Shown piece by piece: positions 1 to 13,600 of a DNA stretch of 64,000 nucleotides (positions within the stretch are counted from its first letter, which is position 1; every line of letters begins with the position of its first letter). The DNA comes from Azolla caroliniana (Eukaryota; Plantae; Polypodiophyta). The notes below the pieces were generated by a model. That model did not search any database, was not told where the DNA came from, and was given only the letters and a program-made list of their open reading frames with translations. The stretch is taken from assembly GCA_043228905.1 (NCBI GenBank), contig JBHGNT010000001.1, positions 31,806,001 to 31,870,000 on the forward strand, given 5' to 3'. A program made the translations under genes and the position numbers.

Positions 1-1115
1 GCATCAGCATCAACACCATCATTCTTACATATATTGGCATCACTGGGGTCATGGTTTGGTGACTTCGGAATTATCATTCTCCCCTGATATAAAAGGGCAT
101 TTTGATGGAACGATGTATCCTGCGAAACTGGTAGTATATCAACATTGGCGCTTTCATCACAGCACAATATATGGAGAGGGCCCTCTTTATATGAGCCAAT
201 CTCTTCACATTCAACTAAACCATTTGCAGAGAAGTTTTTGGGATTCTCCTGCTTGCGATGATGACGATGGCAATGTGGATGAGCAGCATTCCTATGCAAT
301 TTACCTTTTTCAGAGCTAGTACAAGGCTCTATACAAAACAGCTCTGCAAACATAGTAGAATAAAACTGAATGGCTGCAGTATTTTCATGGTCATTATCAT
401 CCTCTTTATTACGAGATAAATCCTGATAACACCCATTCCTTGAGCTTCCAGTTAGTTCTTCTACTTCACGATACCTTATATTTTCAGAATTAGATGCAGT
501 ATTGATTGTGATATCGACACCTTGATTAGGTTTCACGCATGACAGCAATTGTTGTTCTGCATTGTCATTAATTATGATTCTGTTCCCGTAAATTGCAGGA
601 ACTGTTCTGTTCCTTCCAGCATCGATATTATTACCCCTGTTTTCACCCTGTTTTTCCTCTTTCTCTTTCTCTTTCTCTTTCTCTTTCTCTTTTTCTCTCT
701 CTTTCTCTTCCTCTTCTTTCTCTTCTTCTTCCTCGGGTTGATTGCACCCTAAGAACCTCTCGATCCCAAGTTCTGGTTGATCTACAAGAACACTAGGAAA
801 ACCTTTTGCCGTGCGAAGCTTGTTAAGCCAGTTCACACCATACCCTGTTTCGCCCTTCTTTGAAGACGAAGAAGAAGAAGAAGAAAGAGTACTAGTATTG
901 TTGCTGTATATCAATGTGTCAAGGTCTCCGTTAGCGCCTCCGAGATATACGTTTTGACTGTTCCTGCTCTGTTTCTGCCTTGGAACGAATAATTTGCTCT
1001 CCGAGTTTACTGCAGTGACTCTTAATATATCTGAGCTTCTTCCATTGATGTTGTTAATGTTGGTATTGATATTATTAATATCGAGCTGTGTCGGAGGTTG
1101 TTTACGGATTCTCAT
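1..1115 (-). CDS. Uncharacterised plant protein, 3'-partial (>=371 aa, open to the window edge); resembles the plant family with a 'WLDRLRSSKGFP' motif (At5g24500-like)
   Basis: ATG at 1115. I translated the frame by hand and found no stop down to base 1: MRIRKQPP...GVNWLNKLRTAKGFP...GIERFL..(EK)n..STMFAELFCIE...RKQENPKNF. The motif order W-L-x-x-L-R-x-x-KGFP / ELF / RKQxNPK matches that family as I recall it. It is absent from the ORF track, presumably because the stop lies outside the window. Confidence 0.8.
   Translation of the reverse strand, partial: MRIRKQPPTQLDINNINTNINNINGRSSDILRVTAVNSESKLFVPRQKQSRNSQNVYLGGANGDLDTLIYSNNTSTLSSSSSSSSKKGETGYGVNWLNKLRTAKGFPSVLVDQPELGIERFLGCNQPEEEEEKEEEEKEREKEKEKEKEKEKEEKQGENRGNNIDAGRNRTVPAIYGNRIIINDNAEQQLLSCVKPNQGVDITINTASNSENIRYREVEELTGSSRNGCYQDLSRNKEDDNDHENTAAIQFYSTMFAELFCIEPCTSSEKGKLHRNAAHPHCHRHHRKQENPKNFSANGLVECEEIGSYKEGPLHILCCDESANVDILPVSQDTSFHQNALLYQGRMIIPKSPNHDPSDANICKNDGVDAD
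654..732. repeat. CT-rich microsatellite encoding an E/K-rich charged tract in the minus-strand gene
   Basis: (CTCTTT)n on + reads EKEKEKEK/EEEE on the minus strand. Confidence 0.9.
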
Positions 1116-1150
1116 AGTGGCGAATAATATAAGATAAGGCAGTGCCTCAG

Positions 1151-1171
1151 AAACCCTAACCCTAACCCTAA
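1151..1171. promoter_or_regulatory. Telo-box-like element (AAACCCTAA plus CCCTAA repeats) in the leader of the left-edge gene
   Basis: aaaccctaaccctaaccctaa lies 36 bp upstream of the ATG at 1115. Telo-boxes are common in plant 5' regions. Confidence 0.5.
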
Positions 1172-1348
1172 TTCTTGACGAAGGAGGTGCAGAGCAAACT
1201 CCATAAAAGCTTGTTCAAAGCATGGATAGTATCGATGGATGTGAAGGAGAAGGAGAAGGAGAAGGAGGGGGAAGGGGAGAAGGAAAGAAGGAAAGAAGGA
1301 GAACAGAGGATATGTGGGTGATATACAGAAGCTGCAGGAAAATCAAGC

Positions 1349-1356
<8 letters not shown>

Positions 1357-1387
<31 letters not shown>
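1357..1387. repeat. (GA)n microsatellite
   Basis: Perfect AG dinucleotide run. Confidence 0.95.
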
Positions 1388-1390
<3 letters not shown>

Positions 1391-1486
1391 TTATATACAT
1401 GTATGTGTATGTATGTATGGTGGGCAGAGAGAGAGAGAGAGGACTCGGGAGGAGTTATTTATTGAGTAAAAAGAGTGTATGTAGTA

Positions 1487-1690
1487 GGAAGAGATGGATG
1501 GAACAACAATACAGTAACCCACATACATACATGCATGCATTCATACATACACGGAAGAGACGGATGGAGCAACAATACAACCCACATACATGCATGCATG
1601 CATGCATACGCATATATATACGCTCGTGTCGATATATATACATGCATGTATGAACGTAAACACGTATATACATACATACATACATACAGA
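1487..1690. repeat. Imperfect ~65-bp tandem duplication plus (CATA)/(CATG) simple repeats
   Basis: ggaagaga(t/c)ggatgga(a/g)caacaataca...acccacataca occurs twice, at ~1487 and ~1552. Confidence 0.8.
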
Positions 1691-2019
1691 ATATGTTCCT
1701 ATGTTCCTATGTTCCTCCTCCTCTGGGTTGTGTGTGTGTGTGTGCCTTTGCTTTAGCTGGCCATCCACCATTGATCGACTCATGAACCACTCACGTTTGT
1801 CTTCACTGTATCCGCTTCTCTGCTTCCGGTCCATCTTTGATTCCTACGTCCCATGTGTCCTGTGTCCTTTGCTTCGTGTGTTTTTTTTTTCCTATCACAG
1901 TAGCTTATGTTTGTGCGTGCATCCACAATCGACTTTTTTGCGATCGTGGCTCATATGTCCCTACATGTACGTGTTCCTCGTCTTTGACACGGTACCTATG
2001 TTTGTGCATTTGCATCTAT

Positions 2020-2158
2020 GTTTGCGGATCATGCTTCATGCGTCTTACCTTGTATGTGTTTCTCGTCCCTCTCATGGTAACTTACGTTTGTGGATTGTGC
2101 TTCATGCGTCTTACCTTGTATGTGTTTCTCATCCCTCTCATGGTAACTTACGTTTGTG
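2020..2158. repeat. 66-bp tandem duplication
   Basis: tgcttcatgcgtcttaccttgtatgtgtttctc(g/a)tccctctcatggtaacttacgtttgtg at 2032 and 2098. Confidence 0.9.
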
Positions 2159-4302
2159 TGTGTGCATCTCCTTCTACGTTTGTCTCCGCATTTGTGACCC
2201 ATGTTCCATGTGTGCCCCTTGTATTTGTTTATTGTTCTTGTCGTTGTACCTACATTTTGTTTCACATGTCCTTGTTTGCATGACTTGTGATCGAAATCAT
2301 CGATGCATCTCCCACAAAAGCTATTGTGTTTGCACATGTGTGTTCCTGTTTGCATGTGTAATTGCATTCGTGGCTCATTGTCTTTTTCATGAACCTATGT
2401 TTGTGTCGTGTGGTTTCTCTCTAAATGGCATGACTCCATATGTTGGGAAGGGACGCCATATGTTGCATCTGCCTCATATGTTTCATGTTTATTTATTTGT
2501 ATGATTTGTGCATGAAATCACACATTGCAAGTCCTTCAAACAAAGCCTTGTCAATACAACATAACATGTATCTTTTGGGTGCAAATGTTTTTGTTTGTTT
2601 GTTTTTCTATAACATCCATTATTATGGCAAAACGAAACAAAATGTTGAATGTTTAAGGAAAAAGGAACATCTCGATTATAGTCTATGTTTTCTTAATTTA
2701 AAAAAGAAAGATGCATCGTAGTATATTACTTCAAAAGTTTGTACATAGAGAAAAGAAAAGGAGACATTTCATCTCACTTCTTATTGTAAGATACAAAAGC
2801 TAGCATAAGCATCTGATCAAACAAATGATGTCATATACAAAACAAGTAGAACAATACTATTAGCTATGCAACATAAAAGAAAGGCATACTTCCACTTCAG
2901 ACCAACAATTGTATCTGAAAATAAGTGAAGTCCTTGCCATCGGTTCTTAAGTGAAGTGAATGTCATTATTTGTATGCCAATCTAGAATATCGGCCAAAAA
3001 ATCTATAAAAAATCTATATTTATTTGTGTGTAGCAACATGCACCTACATTGTTTTCATGTCGCAACATCCAATTTAGCAACAAGAGTGTGTATTATGACA
3101 TTTATAACATTTATTTCCGTTTAATAGATAAGATCTTTAAAATACATATAAAATATGATACTAGTTAAGTTTGTTTCCTACTCAACAACGATCATGACCA
3201 ACAAGGTTCAACCAAAGTAGGAGACAATACTTGTAATGGCGCTAAGATTATGTCATTTAGGGACAAAAGCAATAGTGCATATCAGCAAATAACTCATAGG
3301 ACACACTTTCCATCATTCTTATCCTTGTTGCTTATACTGCGCTTATTCATTGCACCTACATTTCTTCTTACTTATTGTGTGCCTTTAACCCCAATTTTTC
3401 GCAAGACTCATTCCTTCATTATAGACAGTAGTTTAGTCCAACCGAGTCCCATTCGAGAGATTATATATAATGCATTAAACTTTTCTAAATGATCCTTTGA
3501 CCTTGCAATTTGCAAAATTGGCAAGGTGTAAATGCTCTTTGACATTTCACACTCTCATTCACATACCACATACAATATTCCCTCTTGTCGACATTAGAGC
3601 AAAGAATTAGTGTGGGGTAGTTCTATGCAAAATCACTGTCGTGCATTGAGGCACATCTGTTAATCTTTGTGATCAATGGCCAAATAGATCTTGAGCATTT
3701 TAACAAGGTTGTGTCTTGCTTAAGAACATGCAAAGAAAGTGGACACAATATCTAACTTGGTCGACCACCTTTTGTCGGTCTTTTTGAATTCATGACCTGC
3801 TCTAATCAAAAGTCCACATGCACATAATGGCCCATCAAAATCACATTTTGAAATGAATCACCCGAACCCAATCCGAAGCTCAAGCAAATCTTAACACGGT
3901 GCAAATTGACTTAATTTCGGAAATCTGTTTAGGCTTAATGATTTTGATAGAATAGATGACATTTTTCGACGTCACTTACAAGGACAGAGTTAGCCCATGA
4001 ATGAATGTATTGGGCAAGCATGGGGCCGGCCGACTATGCATCTGGGATTGAATGGATGTATAGATGGATGGAGGTACATGCATCATTACTCTAACGAGGT
4101 TTAAAAAATAAAAAAATCTAGCAAAAAGAGCTCCCAATGAGGGTATACCCCTAGAGTTTCCTAAATTAGAAGAATACCCCTCTCTCTCAGAGGCATTAGC
4201 AGAGAAATATTTGATACCACGTATCAGTAGTACTAAGTAGTAATAGTAGAGTCCCAAGACCACCCTCCCAACGGCCCCCCCTTCAGTGTTTCATCAAGAA
4301 AC

Positions 4303-4350
4303 ACACACTCACTCACTCACACACACACCTCTCTCTCTCTCTCTCTCTCT
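4303..4350. repeat. (CA)n/(CT)n microsatellite near the probable transcription start of the SFI1-like gene
   Basis: acacacactcactcactcacacacacacctctctctctct... Confidence 0.85.
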
Positions 4351-4606
4351 GTGCAGAGCAAATGTTCATAGCAAAGAACAGAACAGAGCAGAAACAGGGT
4401 GGGTGCGGGGGGGAGTTATATGCATAAGATAACCAGATTAACTCAGTCTATGTATTGAGATATAAAGGAGAAGAACATCAACGAGAAGAACAAGAGGAAG
4501 AAGAATCTGGGTTTCCTACATACGCCATCCCCATTCATAAAATCAGCCAATTTATTTTATTTTATTTTTTATTTTTTAGCTTCCTCCTCGGGTAATTTTC
4601 TGTTAC

Positions 4607-7600
4607 ATGGATGTGAATCCTTATAGCGAGGTTAATCACAAGAACAGCAGCAGCAACAACAATGGCAGTATAAAGGTGCGAGGCCCCCCAATACCGAACC
4701 TTCAACGTTGGCCGACAGATTGGATGCATCGCCACCGCCTGGTGTTCAATCATGACTCTCCGCTCCCCACCCATGCCAATGCCATATCCGGGAAAACCCT
4801 AATTTCTCCAACGATGACACCATCCATATCCTCTGTTTCTACAACATCAGCCCCTTATAATAACACAACGAGACCAGCTCATGCTGGCCAATATAACATT
4901 GGCCCTATTAACAATAACCACACAAGGTCATCTTCGGTTCCTCGAGGGGCGTCCAATTCATCAGGCCCTGGTATGAGTCTCGGAGGGGGTTCAAACCGAT
5001 TACATCCACGACCTGCATATTCTCCTTCTAGAATTCGGTTTCAGAATCATCCTCATCACCATCAAAATCACATTAATACTAAAAGTGCTCAGCCTTCGCC
5101 CCGACGCATGTCATGCCACCCTGGACCGACCCCTTCTCCAGATCATCTTCTTCTTGCCGACCGAGCTGAGCGGAAACGCACCCTCCATGATACCACTTAT
5201 CGCACTTACAAGGCTTTACCTAGAAGCAATCGACCTTTCAGTCTTCAAGGTTTGTTACAAATTCCATTTTTTGATGAATTATAAGCTGTGATTGCCTATT
5301 AATTAGCTTTTGTATTTCGTGATCATGCCATGATTGAGTTATTATTGAGTGTTGCTCCTGGCCACTGTTCATGATGCGATGATTTGTGTATCACCTGTAT
5401 TTCTAGTATTATTATATCATTGTGATTGGGTCTGCATTTAATGTGCATTAGTGCATGTAATCACGCTGCAAGGTTTGTAATTAGTTGGTACAATATCATG
5501 ATGCTGCATGATTTGCTTTCTACAAATCCATCTTCCAACATCATTTCCTCAGGATATAAATGCACTTAACTATGCTCCTTTTGATGGGGACACAAGGTAT
5601 CAATATGATGATTATTTGCTTTGTTTAATGTTCTTTACCGCTCTTAATGATGCTGCATTTGATGTGTGCACAAGGCTTGCAATGTAACATAGTAATTATT
5701 TGCATAGGGTTATAATATATTGTGATGCCATAATTTTCTTATTGGATATCTGGGACTTGCCTTGCCTTTCTTCATAAAATACTTGTGAAGCATTGCCCTC
5801 GACTTAACTATCTGTTGTACAACTACTGTCATTTGACGCAGATTTTGCCTTGTTGCGGGAGATCTTTGCTCACGCAGAAAATCTAACTCATGCAGAAGGA
5901 GCAGAGGTATGTTATAATATGATCATCATTAAACTTATTCATGGAAGCTAACGAGGACATTGTCATCATATTCAGTTTGATTATAGCAGCGCTGAAACAG
6001 CTACTGTATCATATTATCATTATTACGTGGCCGAAAAATTAAAACAATTAATAAGAAATGTACAATAGGAACCCTCGAACCTTGATAATTTATTCTCACA
6101 AAAAAATATACTTTTTTTTTGGAATTTCTTCTTTTTTCGTAATCAAAATATGCTTGCTTATAACATCTCTTCATACTTTGAAGTTACAGATCAGATTGAT
6201 GGATGTTTTGAAAGCCTATGATGTTGTTCTTCATAAACATGGGATGGTACAATTTGTTTTACACCTTGATGTATTCTGCTGTATCTCAAAAGTCAATGGA
6301 GTCATTATGATTACAATGGGAAAAAATAATCTAGTTTCTGCTTTCAGGACCCTGCTGAAGACACATTCTACTACAGGATGCTTCTGAAGTTGAGTCTAGG
6401 GTCTGAGAAAGATTGGTGGAAAAAACTCAACCAGGAAATTGTAGTAAGTGCGTCTCATTTTTGCAAATTTGATTCCATATGTCAATACTATTTGTAATAA
6501 GATAAGTTTTCATTATGGATACTAGAAATATGAGGCTTAATTTGTGGGTTTGAGTTTCAGAAAAATGATATCCTTTTGAAAGTGCTATCTTTTCGGAATC
6601 ATAAACTTCTTTTGTACTACTGGCTTCAATGGCGATGCCATCAAGAAAAGGGAATACATCAAGATAAAAGTGTGAGAAAAGGTCAGTTTCTCAATGGGCA
6701 AAACAACAGGTCATGTTATATGGGACAAACTGCATCACAGAGTGATGTTGACAAACCTGCATTCTCAACATTGCAAGAACAGAAATATAAAAATGATAGC
6801 CGTGCTTCTATTAAAAGCCTATCTTATGCCAGTAGTGAAATGCCAATAAAAGTGAGTATACGTAGTTTTCTCTAAGTTAGTGTTCAAAACTGATAAGTCA
6901 TGGAAAGTGCTCTAACTTTTGCTATGGTTCTAGGATACCCTTCTTGTCATGGATTTGATAGACTTACCTATTGGTAAAGATCTGAAACATTTTAGTGGAT
7001 ATGATCTCATGGGTGTTGTTGCAGCATTCCAATCATGGCAGAGGTGAGATTCCAGTTTTGTTAATCTTCTATACAAAGTTGCGTGGGTTAGACTCATATA
7101 TAGATATAATAATGTCATATAGGATTGCCAATATATACATGCATTTCCATGTCTTTTATTTCTAAGGTTGCAATACTATTTCATCAAGGTTATTGCGGCA
7201 GAGAAAGCGAAAACAATGTATGAGGGAGAAAAGTGATCTGCAATGGTGAGCTGCCTATATGCTTTGATGATATTTACATATCCTCGATCTCCTGAAAAGT
7301 TTTATCATGGTGCCATTTATAGATGGCAACCATTCAGCCAAAACACGCTTAAGATTTTCCTAGGTTTGAGATTATACAATAAAATTATTTCTCCATGTAA
7401 TAATAGTAACAAACAGCTGTAATGTTAGATTCTGTCACTCAAGAGTGTTATTCAAGAATTATGACTTCCATTTTCCAGGAAGGGTGCAGTTTGTTTTAAC
7501 GATAAGAATGTTCTCGGAAGAACATTGAAATTTTGGCAACATATTGTTCCTACCAGAATGATGCAAGCAAAAACTTGGCATCACAAGTATGTGAATTTTT

Positions 7601-10600
7601 TCTGTACTAGCTTGTATCTGAATCAGTATGAAAATGGTTAGTTTTTGTGTTGAACTGTTTTTCATCATCTGGAGGTGAGTACTAACTGTTAAAGTTTTTG
7701 AGGTATCACAACAGTTTTTGTTCCGATTTTTTTATTATTTATCTATATTTGGAAGCTTCTAACTCCTCACTCCCAATTGTTCCAAGTGTACAGTTTTCTC
7801 CAGCGAAAAGGCTTTGGAGTATGGAGTAATTATTGTAACCTCATGAGAGAAGTATGTGAATCTGGGCAAGCTTTCTATGAGAAAAGACTGCTGTTTTTAA
7901 TGTTATCTGAATGGAAGAAGTATGCTTCATATTTGAAGGTGAAGCTCCTCTTTTGTTAGGGAACTTCATGTCAGTTTCTTATTTTTCATGGAATCTGATC
8001 TGCATATTTTGTAGTTCATATCATAATGTCAGTCAATCTTTTGATGGATTTATGCAAGATGGGTAATGCACCTCTTATTTGAAGAATTATGAATTACCAT
8101 ATCAGATAGAGAGTGGACAAAACTGGAAGACAAAATATCACTATGAATTTGTAATGATGAATTTCCTTAAGCTATCACTATGTAGGAATACTGAAATAGG
8201 CAGACAAACTGGGTGAAATATTGCATTAAAAACGTTCACAAATGAAGCTGAAATAATATTAAAAAGCACAAGAACTGACTTCAAATAGCTTTTCAATCTA
8301 GACTTCTCAAACCAATAGATATTTGAGGTTGATATTTTAAATTGATTTCCTGGATTTTTATAAAAGATTTCAATGGCATGTTTTGGCTAGACTCTTTACG
8401 AAGACTCATGCAAGAGACGTATTCTGTTGGGATGGAGACAGATTGTTGAGTCTCAAAAGCAGGCTGTCCAAATTGTAATTTTTTATCATCAAACTTTAGT
8501 GTCTTCTCGATTTTGATTGTTTCAGAGGTATATGAAGCATGTGTATGGAAATCTGGATTGATATCTTCTTGTGGCAGATGGATAACAGGCCAATTTCTAT
8601 ATGCAGAAATTTTTTGTTGTTATGGAGATCAAGGTTTGTGATCTTGAGTCATGGATAAGAATGTATTGAAAATTAATTCTAGATCCTCTGATTAGAAAAC
8701 TTTTTCCTGAATAATTTCAGGTTGGCCAGCAAAGTCCAACATAAGGCAGTCCTTTTGCAATGCCAGAAATTTCACAAGATGAATATTTTGACTTTTGTCT
8801 TCAAAGGCAACACTTACTGTCCCTGTTATGTTTGATTTTTTATCATCAAATTAGTGGTTATAAAAATGAAAAATTATAAATATTGCGCTTTAAAATCACT
8901 AATACTAGGCGTTCTGATTGTTTTTAATGTATCTTGGGATCTACAAAACTTGGTAATGACACTTATTGAACAACAACATGTAAAATATGTTAACATCTTT
9001 TTGTGATCTTTAGTGACGTGCATCTGAATGTAACATATCTTATAGAAATAGAACTCTCAATGTAAAAACATTCATTGCCCACCTCTCTTCCAATTTTTGG
9101 ATCAGAGACCTACCTATATCACAGGGACAAAATAAAAAATGTCCCATGAAGATTTCCCTAAGATTTCAATATGTCACAAATTGACAAAATGCCATCTGCG
9201 TTGTGAATGCCTATATAAAAATAAATTTCTACATCAGTGAGGATTGTTAATTCTAGAGAAAATTCAATACGTGCCAATAAACAGACCACAAGGATTTTGT
9301 ATGACATTAGATAGAAAAAAACAAACTGATCAGAATATATTGATTGAATCCATTAATCACAAAGATACTTTTCTGGCAGGATGGTGTGGAATTTATTACA
9401 AGAGAGCGTTCTGCCATAAACAAATTGCAATTTGTCACAACAGGAGATCTCAACAATATCAGAAAGTGGTGATACAGAAGTGGAGGGTAATTAACTTAAT
9501 TTTTTATTATATAATATCCTTTTCATTGTTTATACTTAATATGATTGACCAAAAAACTGTGAATGCATGTTTAGACATCTTATCTGCCAATCGACAAGTG
9601 TCTACCTTGAACATTATGATTTCTATCCACAGGAATGGATGCAGGAAAAACATTCTCAACAAGAAGTTCTTTCATGCATAATCTCATGGCGGGTTCGCTT
9701 TTTGCTGAAGAAAACATTCAACTGTTGGTTAAAATACTTCAGAAACAAGATTTTTCCAAAAAGCAGATGTACAGAATTGTATTACTATAAGAAAAGGAGG
9801 TATATAAAATCTACATGATTCTGCAGCTAGTATTAATGGTTGTAAAACAATAAGGACTATCTCAAAAACTATCAATGTCATATTAGGGTCTTGTTGAATA
9901 TCCTTAAAGTATGGGAGAGGAGATCAAGGGCACAAAAACATTTTCAGGATTGCTTGTGGAGATCAATTGAATTTTATGCAACAAAATTATGCCAGAAGTA
10001 TGAAAATTCTATATGCTACAAAATATTTTAAACTTCAATTCCAAAACTCAATTAGTTTTAGTTCACTTTGAGCAAGTCCTGGATTGCAGGTCTATGAATG
10101 GATGGGCTTCCTGGCATATGAATAAAAGACATAAACACAACTGTGAGATAGCCATGTAAGGTCTCAAATGGAAATTGTTTATCATTTATTCTTTCTTTTA
10201 AGTTTTTTTAAACTTATTTTTGGCATAATTAGCAGAGTAGAGATGATATTTACAAGGCAATGCAAACAAATACTTCTCCACTGGAAGGAGGTTGCAAGCT
10301 TGAAGAAACAAGAAGAAAAGGTGGAAATTACTTACTTCATGCTTACAAGGTGACCCTGGTCATTTGGAAAAATATGATAAGCCACAAAGTTTTAGGAATA
10401 CCACTGGGTTTGGTAGTGTCATTGCCCTCGTAATTTCTAGTATGGCAATGAGTAGACAATCGGTTATTAACATAATTAGGTTGTCACTGTTTTTCCATGT
10501 GAACACTGAAGCTAGGAACAATAGAGGTTTGAAAAATATTGACATATGCTTTATGAATAACGTCATCCTTCATGAAAAAAGTCAGATGATCAAACTGATA

Positions 10601-13600
10601 TATACACTCATGAGCATATTTCTGAACAATTTCTTTCAGGTAGCTCTGTTAATATGGTAAATTGATATGTTTCACAACTAAGAATGCATTAAGTTTTTAC
10701 TTAGTCTATATTCTAATAAAATTTCATTGGGTTTTCAGAAAATAAATTGTTTAAAAGCCCACCTTAAGAATTCAAAGAAACTAAAATATTGGCAGAGCTG
10801 GTGGCATGAGACTGTCTACCAGGTACTTTTTTGAAGTTAAGTTTGTTCATACAAATCATTTCACAGATTGTCAATATATTCAGCAATAAAAGGAAATTAA
10901 TTCACTTTGGGTATCTTTACAGACAACTATTTCTCATTGTCAAACTCGAAGAAATCAGAAATCTGTACTTCTTATACTGAATGCATTGCAAGCATTAGCA
11001 AAGGTGGGCCTATAATGTCAAAGTTCCTCAAGGGTTATGTATATCACTATTGTGTGGCTTTATTGTCAAGATGAGGACTTAATCAGCTGAATAGTATTGT
11101 ATTCCCAGGAGTCATCAAAACATAAGAACATCGAAGAAATTTCACTTCATACAGCAGGGTATCAGAATTTCTTGCAAATAACTGAAGCTGAGAAGCATAC
11201 TGATGTGATTTTGGACTTGGAAAAAGGGTAATTACATTTCAGATATATATAAATTAATTATTGAAATAAGTCACTGGATATTACTTTTGCTTTATACAAA
11301 TGATCCACAACTCCTGAATTTCAAACTTGCCAAGTGCGCAATAACAGAATCTCAAGTTTATCCTGTGTCAACGTTTTCATTGGAGATACCATACAAAAGT
11401 TTTTAAGACATTTCCCTCCACCACCGAACATCTGAATGAACTTGAATTAACAATTATTTCCTATGCTACAAAAACCCATGAAATAGTGTGAATTAGTTTC
11501 TCGTGTTTAATCAAGCACCATACCTGCACAAGACAGTCATGCCCCACATGCATTCAGGGCATTGAAGAAACAAGGGTGTGGTTGCCTCTAAACATGCTCT
11601 CATAATCATTTATCAAGATTTTATTGTGTAAGTTTAGCAATTCTTTGTGTAAATCTTCTTCGTTTATTAGTTTGTCAAGGATCTGTTTTTGCGTGGATGA
11701 AACTTAAATATAACCAATTCCAGAAGTGCATAATGAAACTCAACATGGTCATGCTCTGAGATAGCTTTTGGACTCCAGATCAAAATGTCAATACATGTGC
11801 ATTACACTTAGGCTGTTAACATGAGTGTGTCTTGGGATCTTATGTACATTTAACTTCTTTCAAATCAAATTCTCATTTAAAGGTGAATATGAGTTAGGAA
11901 TTTCATTTTTTCCCTTTTATTTTAATTTGTAGGCACTTTGTTGGGTAAATAGGTGATCATCTTAAAATTTTGGGTCATATAGAAGTCTCAGAAGTTTATA
12001 TTTGTTCAAAGAAGCTTTGAATTGTTAGAGAATCATTTGAAAACTGTCTTTGTAATTTTTTATTGATGGTAGAATAATTCTTAAGAAATGCAAATAATTT
12101 CAGTCCAATCAGAGATTTATAATACAAATCATTGTAAGGTTTTGTAACAAGGAGCTCCAGATTTCTATTTCCTGTCTTTTTATGTTTGTTCTTTTAAATT
12201 TTAGTAGCAGAAATTGCTTACGGACAGCATGGGGTATGCTACTTTCAAATGCAAAGCTAGATATGCATTCAAAGACCACTATATTTAGGTTTCAACAAAA
12301 TCATCTGCAGTTATTTCTAAGTTTATGGATAAACTATGCACACCAGCAGAAAATTGCTAAGGGTCTGGAAAATATGAAAAGATCATCTTCAATACGTCCT
12401 GTCTTTCAACAATGGAAGCATTCTGCTTTCGAGGCATTAGAAGAAAGACCACACATATCTATGGTATATCATTCTTTACATATTAAAATAAAGCCTGCAT
12501 TTAAAAACCCCATAATGTTTAAGTTTTATAAATAAAATTGTAGACGATACAGCCCTCTGTGTACATGGTTCATTAACTGACCTGTGGACCTCTCAACTGT
12601 GAGTCACCTTTATGGTTCTGCTGTTCAATAAGAATTCTTCTACGCCCATATTTTCCATTTCCATTTTCTTTTTGTTTGAATTGTTTGAAATTTTTAGCTT
12701 TTGATATGGTGAAATCTGCCAAGATCAAAGATAATATTGGACTTTTGGGAAATTGCATTTTAGGAAAAGAAAAAGATGTTGTCATAGGTATTAGGTTAAT
12801 GTCTGAATTGAACCCAGTTTGGATTCCTCTGATCCAACCTTGCAAGCCAAAACATTGTGGACTTGATAAAAAAAGAAACACACACCAAATCTTTGAAACA
12901 TTATCATGCAAAAGACTGTTTTAGTATTTATTACCAACAAAACTCATCTAATATTCACTGCTTAAAAACTTTCCTTCCGTAATTCTAAATTTTGGGATGT
13001 GCCAACCCATATTGCAAGGTTATAGAGAATGATTGACATGGCCTTGTGCAATGAAATTTCTGCGTCCCTTCAGATATGTTTGGCAGACCAAAGGGGCTCT
13101 TCCTGATTTCTCCTCCTCATTCTGTGTTAAATAAATACATATGAGTTTTATTCACTCTCAGTTACTACATGTAGAATCACAATCAAATAATGAAAATTAG
13201 AGAACATTTTTATGATTATGACTGTAGTAAATCAATCTGTCTATATATGTGAAGATGGTCATGAATACATAGTTTGTTGTATATGATAGATCAGAAGAAA
13301 AATCAATCAATTCCCAGTCATACATGAGATCATGAATGCAATTCTGACAATCTGTCCACGAGTAATATTAATGAAGATTTTCTATGCATGGAGAGAATGG
13401 AATAAAGCAAAAGCATTCAAAAGAATGCAAAAGGTGAAAGCATGGGAATACCTCGCTAAAGTGCTTCAGAAAAAAACATTGACCTCTTTTAAGGTAGCAC
13501 TGATCAATGCAAATACCATCAGGTGGAGTATAAGACATTTTGAGGCCTGCCATAAAGGTGCATTTCACTCTTTCTTTTTGTTTATTCCCAGAAAAATCCT

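Noticed and set aside
1590-2504. 304-aa + strand ORF and overlapping ORFs at 1200-2400
   Set aside because: C/V/L/H-rich translation of TG-rich simple sequence with tandem duplications. It is open because of composition and has no protein motifs.
5553-5596. Possible 44-nt extra exon in SFI1-like intron 1
   Set aside because: Including it gives an in-frame TAA, and exon 1 joins 5842 in phase without it. A poison exon cannot be excluded.
7627-7673. In-frame exon candidate in the SFI1-like gene
   Set aside because: It would need a 40-nt upstream intron, and the flanking exons join in phase without it.
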